The notes under the pieces were generated by a model that worked only from the letters and a program-made list of their open reading frames with translations, ran no database searches and was not told the DNA's origin. From an uncultured delta proteobacterium (lineage in GTDB: Bacteria; Desulfobacterota; RBG-13-43-22), in contig CAWBOS010000012.1 of assembly GCA_963790475.1 (NCBI GenBank), forward strand, positions 160,001 through 224,000: a DNA stretch of 64,000 nt, written 5' to 3'. Both the position numbers and the translations under genes were made by a program. Every line of letters starts with the position of its first letter. Within the stretch, counting starts at the first letter, position 1. This document shows, piece after piece, positions 61,861-64,000 of the stretch.

Positions 61861-62688
61861 ATGGAGGATCTAGGAAAATATCATGAAATCGGGCGAACCC
61901 TCATCGATAGATTAAAATTAACTACCTACCCGGTGGCTGTCAAAATGATTCGGCCGGAGGAAGAGGTCCCGGAGGCCGCTGTACAACCCTCCCTGGTTTT
62001 TGGCGCCGAAGTCCCGGCTTGTCTGGTTTATACTTATTGCCGCCGGACCGGAGCCTCTTTTTTCCTGACCAAGGACGATATCGCCTGCAAGCCTATCGTT
62101 CTCTATTTTGGCCTGGATGAGGTCTCTGACCCGGATGATTTATACCGGGCCTGGGCCGAACATGCCGGATATAAGAAGAATATGGAATCGGAAAAACAAT
62201 CCCGGGTCTCGGATGCCCGATTTGAACCGTTTCGATTCAAAGGGTTTGTGGTTTCCCCCCTCCATCAAACTCTGGTAAAACCCGATTTAGTGATGTTTTA
62301 CTGCTCTCCCTTAATCCTGTCGCACCTGATTCTGGCCGCCACTTATGACGGGGAGAATATTGTTAGTAACTTTAACGGCATGGAATCCAGTTGCAAGGAA
62401 GGGATCATCCGAACCTTCCTTACCGGTAAATGTCAGGTTGTTTCGCCGGGGATGGGAGACCGGGTGATGGCCGGTGTTCAGGACCATGAGATGTTATTTT
62501 CCATTCCTGAAGAAAAGCTCCGAACGATCGCTGAAAATTTGTTTCTGGCCGGGAACAGATTGAATGATCCGTCTCCCTTTAACATTCCTCATATTGCGCC
62601 CACTATGGGCGCCAATAAGTTATTGGGAAATCAGGTGGAACCGAAGGTCTGGCCAACGCTGCGGGAAAAGCTGAGGCAAAAGAAATAA
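61861..62688 (+). CDS. DUF169 family protein
   Basis: LKLTTYPVAVK, PDLVMFY..P, SSC, PGMGDR..AG.QDHEM.FSIP. Confidence 0.85.
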   Translation: MEDLGKYHEIGRTLIDRLKLTTYPVAVKMIRPEEEVPEAAVQPSLVFGAEVPACLVYTYCRRTGASFFLTKDDIACKPIVLYFGLDEVSDPDDLYRAWAEHAGYKKNMESEKQSRVSDARFEPFRFKGFVVSPLHQTLVKPDLVMFYCSPLILSHLILAATYDGENIVSNFNGMESSCKEGIIRTFLTGKCQVVSPGMGDRVMAGVQDHEMLFSIPEEKLRTIAENLFLAGNRLNDPSPFNIPHIAPTMGANKLLGNQVEPKVWPTLREKLRQKK

Positions 62689-62988
62689 AGAAAGACCTTT
62701 TGCTCTCTCGCCCGCTTCGCTCGAGCACGCAGAGATCGCTGAGAGAAGCAGATTCTTTCATTACGGTTGAGAGGAACCGCAATCAAAAGCCAGTCGGGCG
62801 CTATTGCGCAATGAAGCCTCAGACCAAGAGAGACTTTGTAGGTTGTGCCGGAGACAGGACCGATTGGTCTGAATCTCCCCCTCAGAGATTCAGACTTAAC
62901 TGAACCCGTCTTTCTCTGTGTTCTCTGCGAACTCGAGAGACCGAAGGAAACGGGCGAGATAAGTTTTTTCTAAAACCAGGAGGTGGCT

Positions 62989-63753
62989 ATGTCTGTGATT
63001 ATGGAAAAAGACGGCCCGATAACAACCGTCATCTTAAGCCGGCCCGAGGTGCGCAATGCCGTAGACCGGCAAACGGCTGTTGCCTTGGCCGAGGCCTTCA
63101 GGACCTTTGAAGCCGATGAGCAGGCCCTGGTGGCGGTCTTTTCCGGAGACCAGGGTCATTTTTGTGCCGGGGCGGATTTGAAAAAACTGGCCGAAGGACG
63201 ATCCAATCAGTTGGAGCCCGTTGGCGACGGGCCTATGGGGCCGACACGGATGCGCCTGAATAAGCCGGTCATCGCGGCTATTTCCGGTTACGCCGTAGCC
63301 GGGGGGTTGGAACTGACTTTGTGGTGTGACCTGCGGGTGATGGAGGAAGACGCCGTGCTGGGTGTCTTCTGCCGTCGCTGGGGCGTCCCTTTAATCGATG
63401 GCGGTACTGTTCGCCTGCCCCGTCTGATCGGCCTCAGCCGGGCACTGGATCTGATCTTAACCGGAAGGCCGGTCAGTGCCGAAGAGGCCTTACAGATAGG
63501 GTTGGTTAATCGGGTAGTCCCCAAAGGTACAGCCCGGCAGGCCGCCCAGGAGTTGGCCCGCCAACTGGCCGCTTTCCCACAAATCTGTCTGCGTAATGAC
63601 CGCCTCTCGGCTTACGAGCAATTCGACCTTTCCTTTGAAGAGGCCATGACCAATGAATTCCGGCATGGGCTGGAGGCCATTGAACAAGAGGCCCAAAATG
63701 GGGCAGCCCGCTTCGCTGAGGGTTCCGGCCGGCATGGTGAATTTGAAAAATAG
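62989..63753 (+). CDS. Enoyl-CoA hydratase/isomerase
   Basis: RPEVRNAVD, FCAGADL, KPVIAAISGYAVAGGLE, CRRWGVPLIDGG. Confidence 0.93.
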   Translation: MSVIMEKDGPITTVILSRPEVRNAVDRQTAVALAEAFRTFEADEQALVAVFSGDQGHFCAGADLKKLAEGRSNQLEPVGDGPMGPTRMRLNKPVIAAISGYAVAGGLELTLWCDLRVMEEDAVLGVFCRRWGVPLIDGGTVRLPRLIGLSRALDLILTGRPVSAEEALQIGLVNRVVPKGTARQAAQELARQLAAFPQICLRNDRLSAYEQFDLSFEEAMTNEFRHGLEAIEQEAQNGAARFAEGSGRHGEFEK

Positions 63754-64000
63754 TAATGCTTTAGCTTTTTATTATATTCTTTTTTGCCACAGACACACAA
63801 AGACAAAAACTGGACAAAGTCCTATCTCTCACAGAGCTCTCAGAGTCGCAGAGAAATCCTAATTTATTGATTGCCGTTGAGGGGCCGGCAATCAATAACC
63901 GGCTCATCGCCTAGCCTGCCCCGGACTCGATCCGGGGGCAAACATAGCCCCCGCAGGGTAGCGGGGTCAGGTAAATCGCCTGAAAAAGAACAAGTCGTCT

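Overview
64-kb window from an anaerobic, probably Desulfobacterota-like (deltaproteobacterial) genome; the taxon is inferred from gene content such as CooS, a molybdopterin oxidoreductase, NDP-forming acyl-CoA synthetases and many REP/MITE repeats. It has four parts. (1) 1-9.4 kb, minus strand: DmsAB-like, VOC, SDR, amidase and anaerobic sulfatase maturase genes, plus a MerB-like gene that the ORF track splits but that reads through two in-frame TGA codons, each followed by a SECIS-like hairpin (predicted double selenoprotein). (2) 10.7-13.3 kb: attC-like cassette remnants and a three-level nested insertion. Its core is an IS110-family (IS1111-like) element inserted in a REP; its 3' non-coding region carries two guide-like segments matching both sides of its own insertion site. 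(3) 13-32 kb and 50-64 kb: metabolic genes, a RAYT transposase, and a TetR / tandem QueG-RdhA-like / haloalkane dehalogenase region. (4) 32.5-50 kb: a toxin-antitoxin/defence island with repeated spacers, a Dam-like MTase-HerA-NurA-HD phosphohydrolase module and an N4C-MTase/HTH/nuclease RM-like module. Many genes at 38-54 kb are frameshifted, which may be assembly error. No tRNA, rRNA or CRISPR array was seen.
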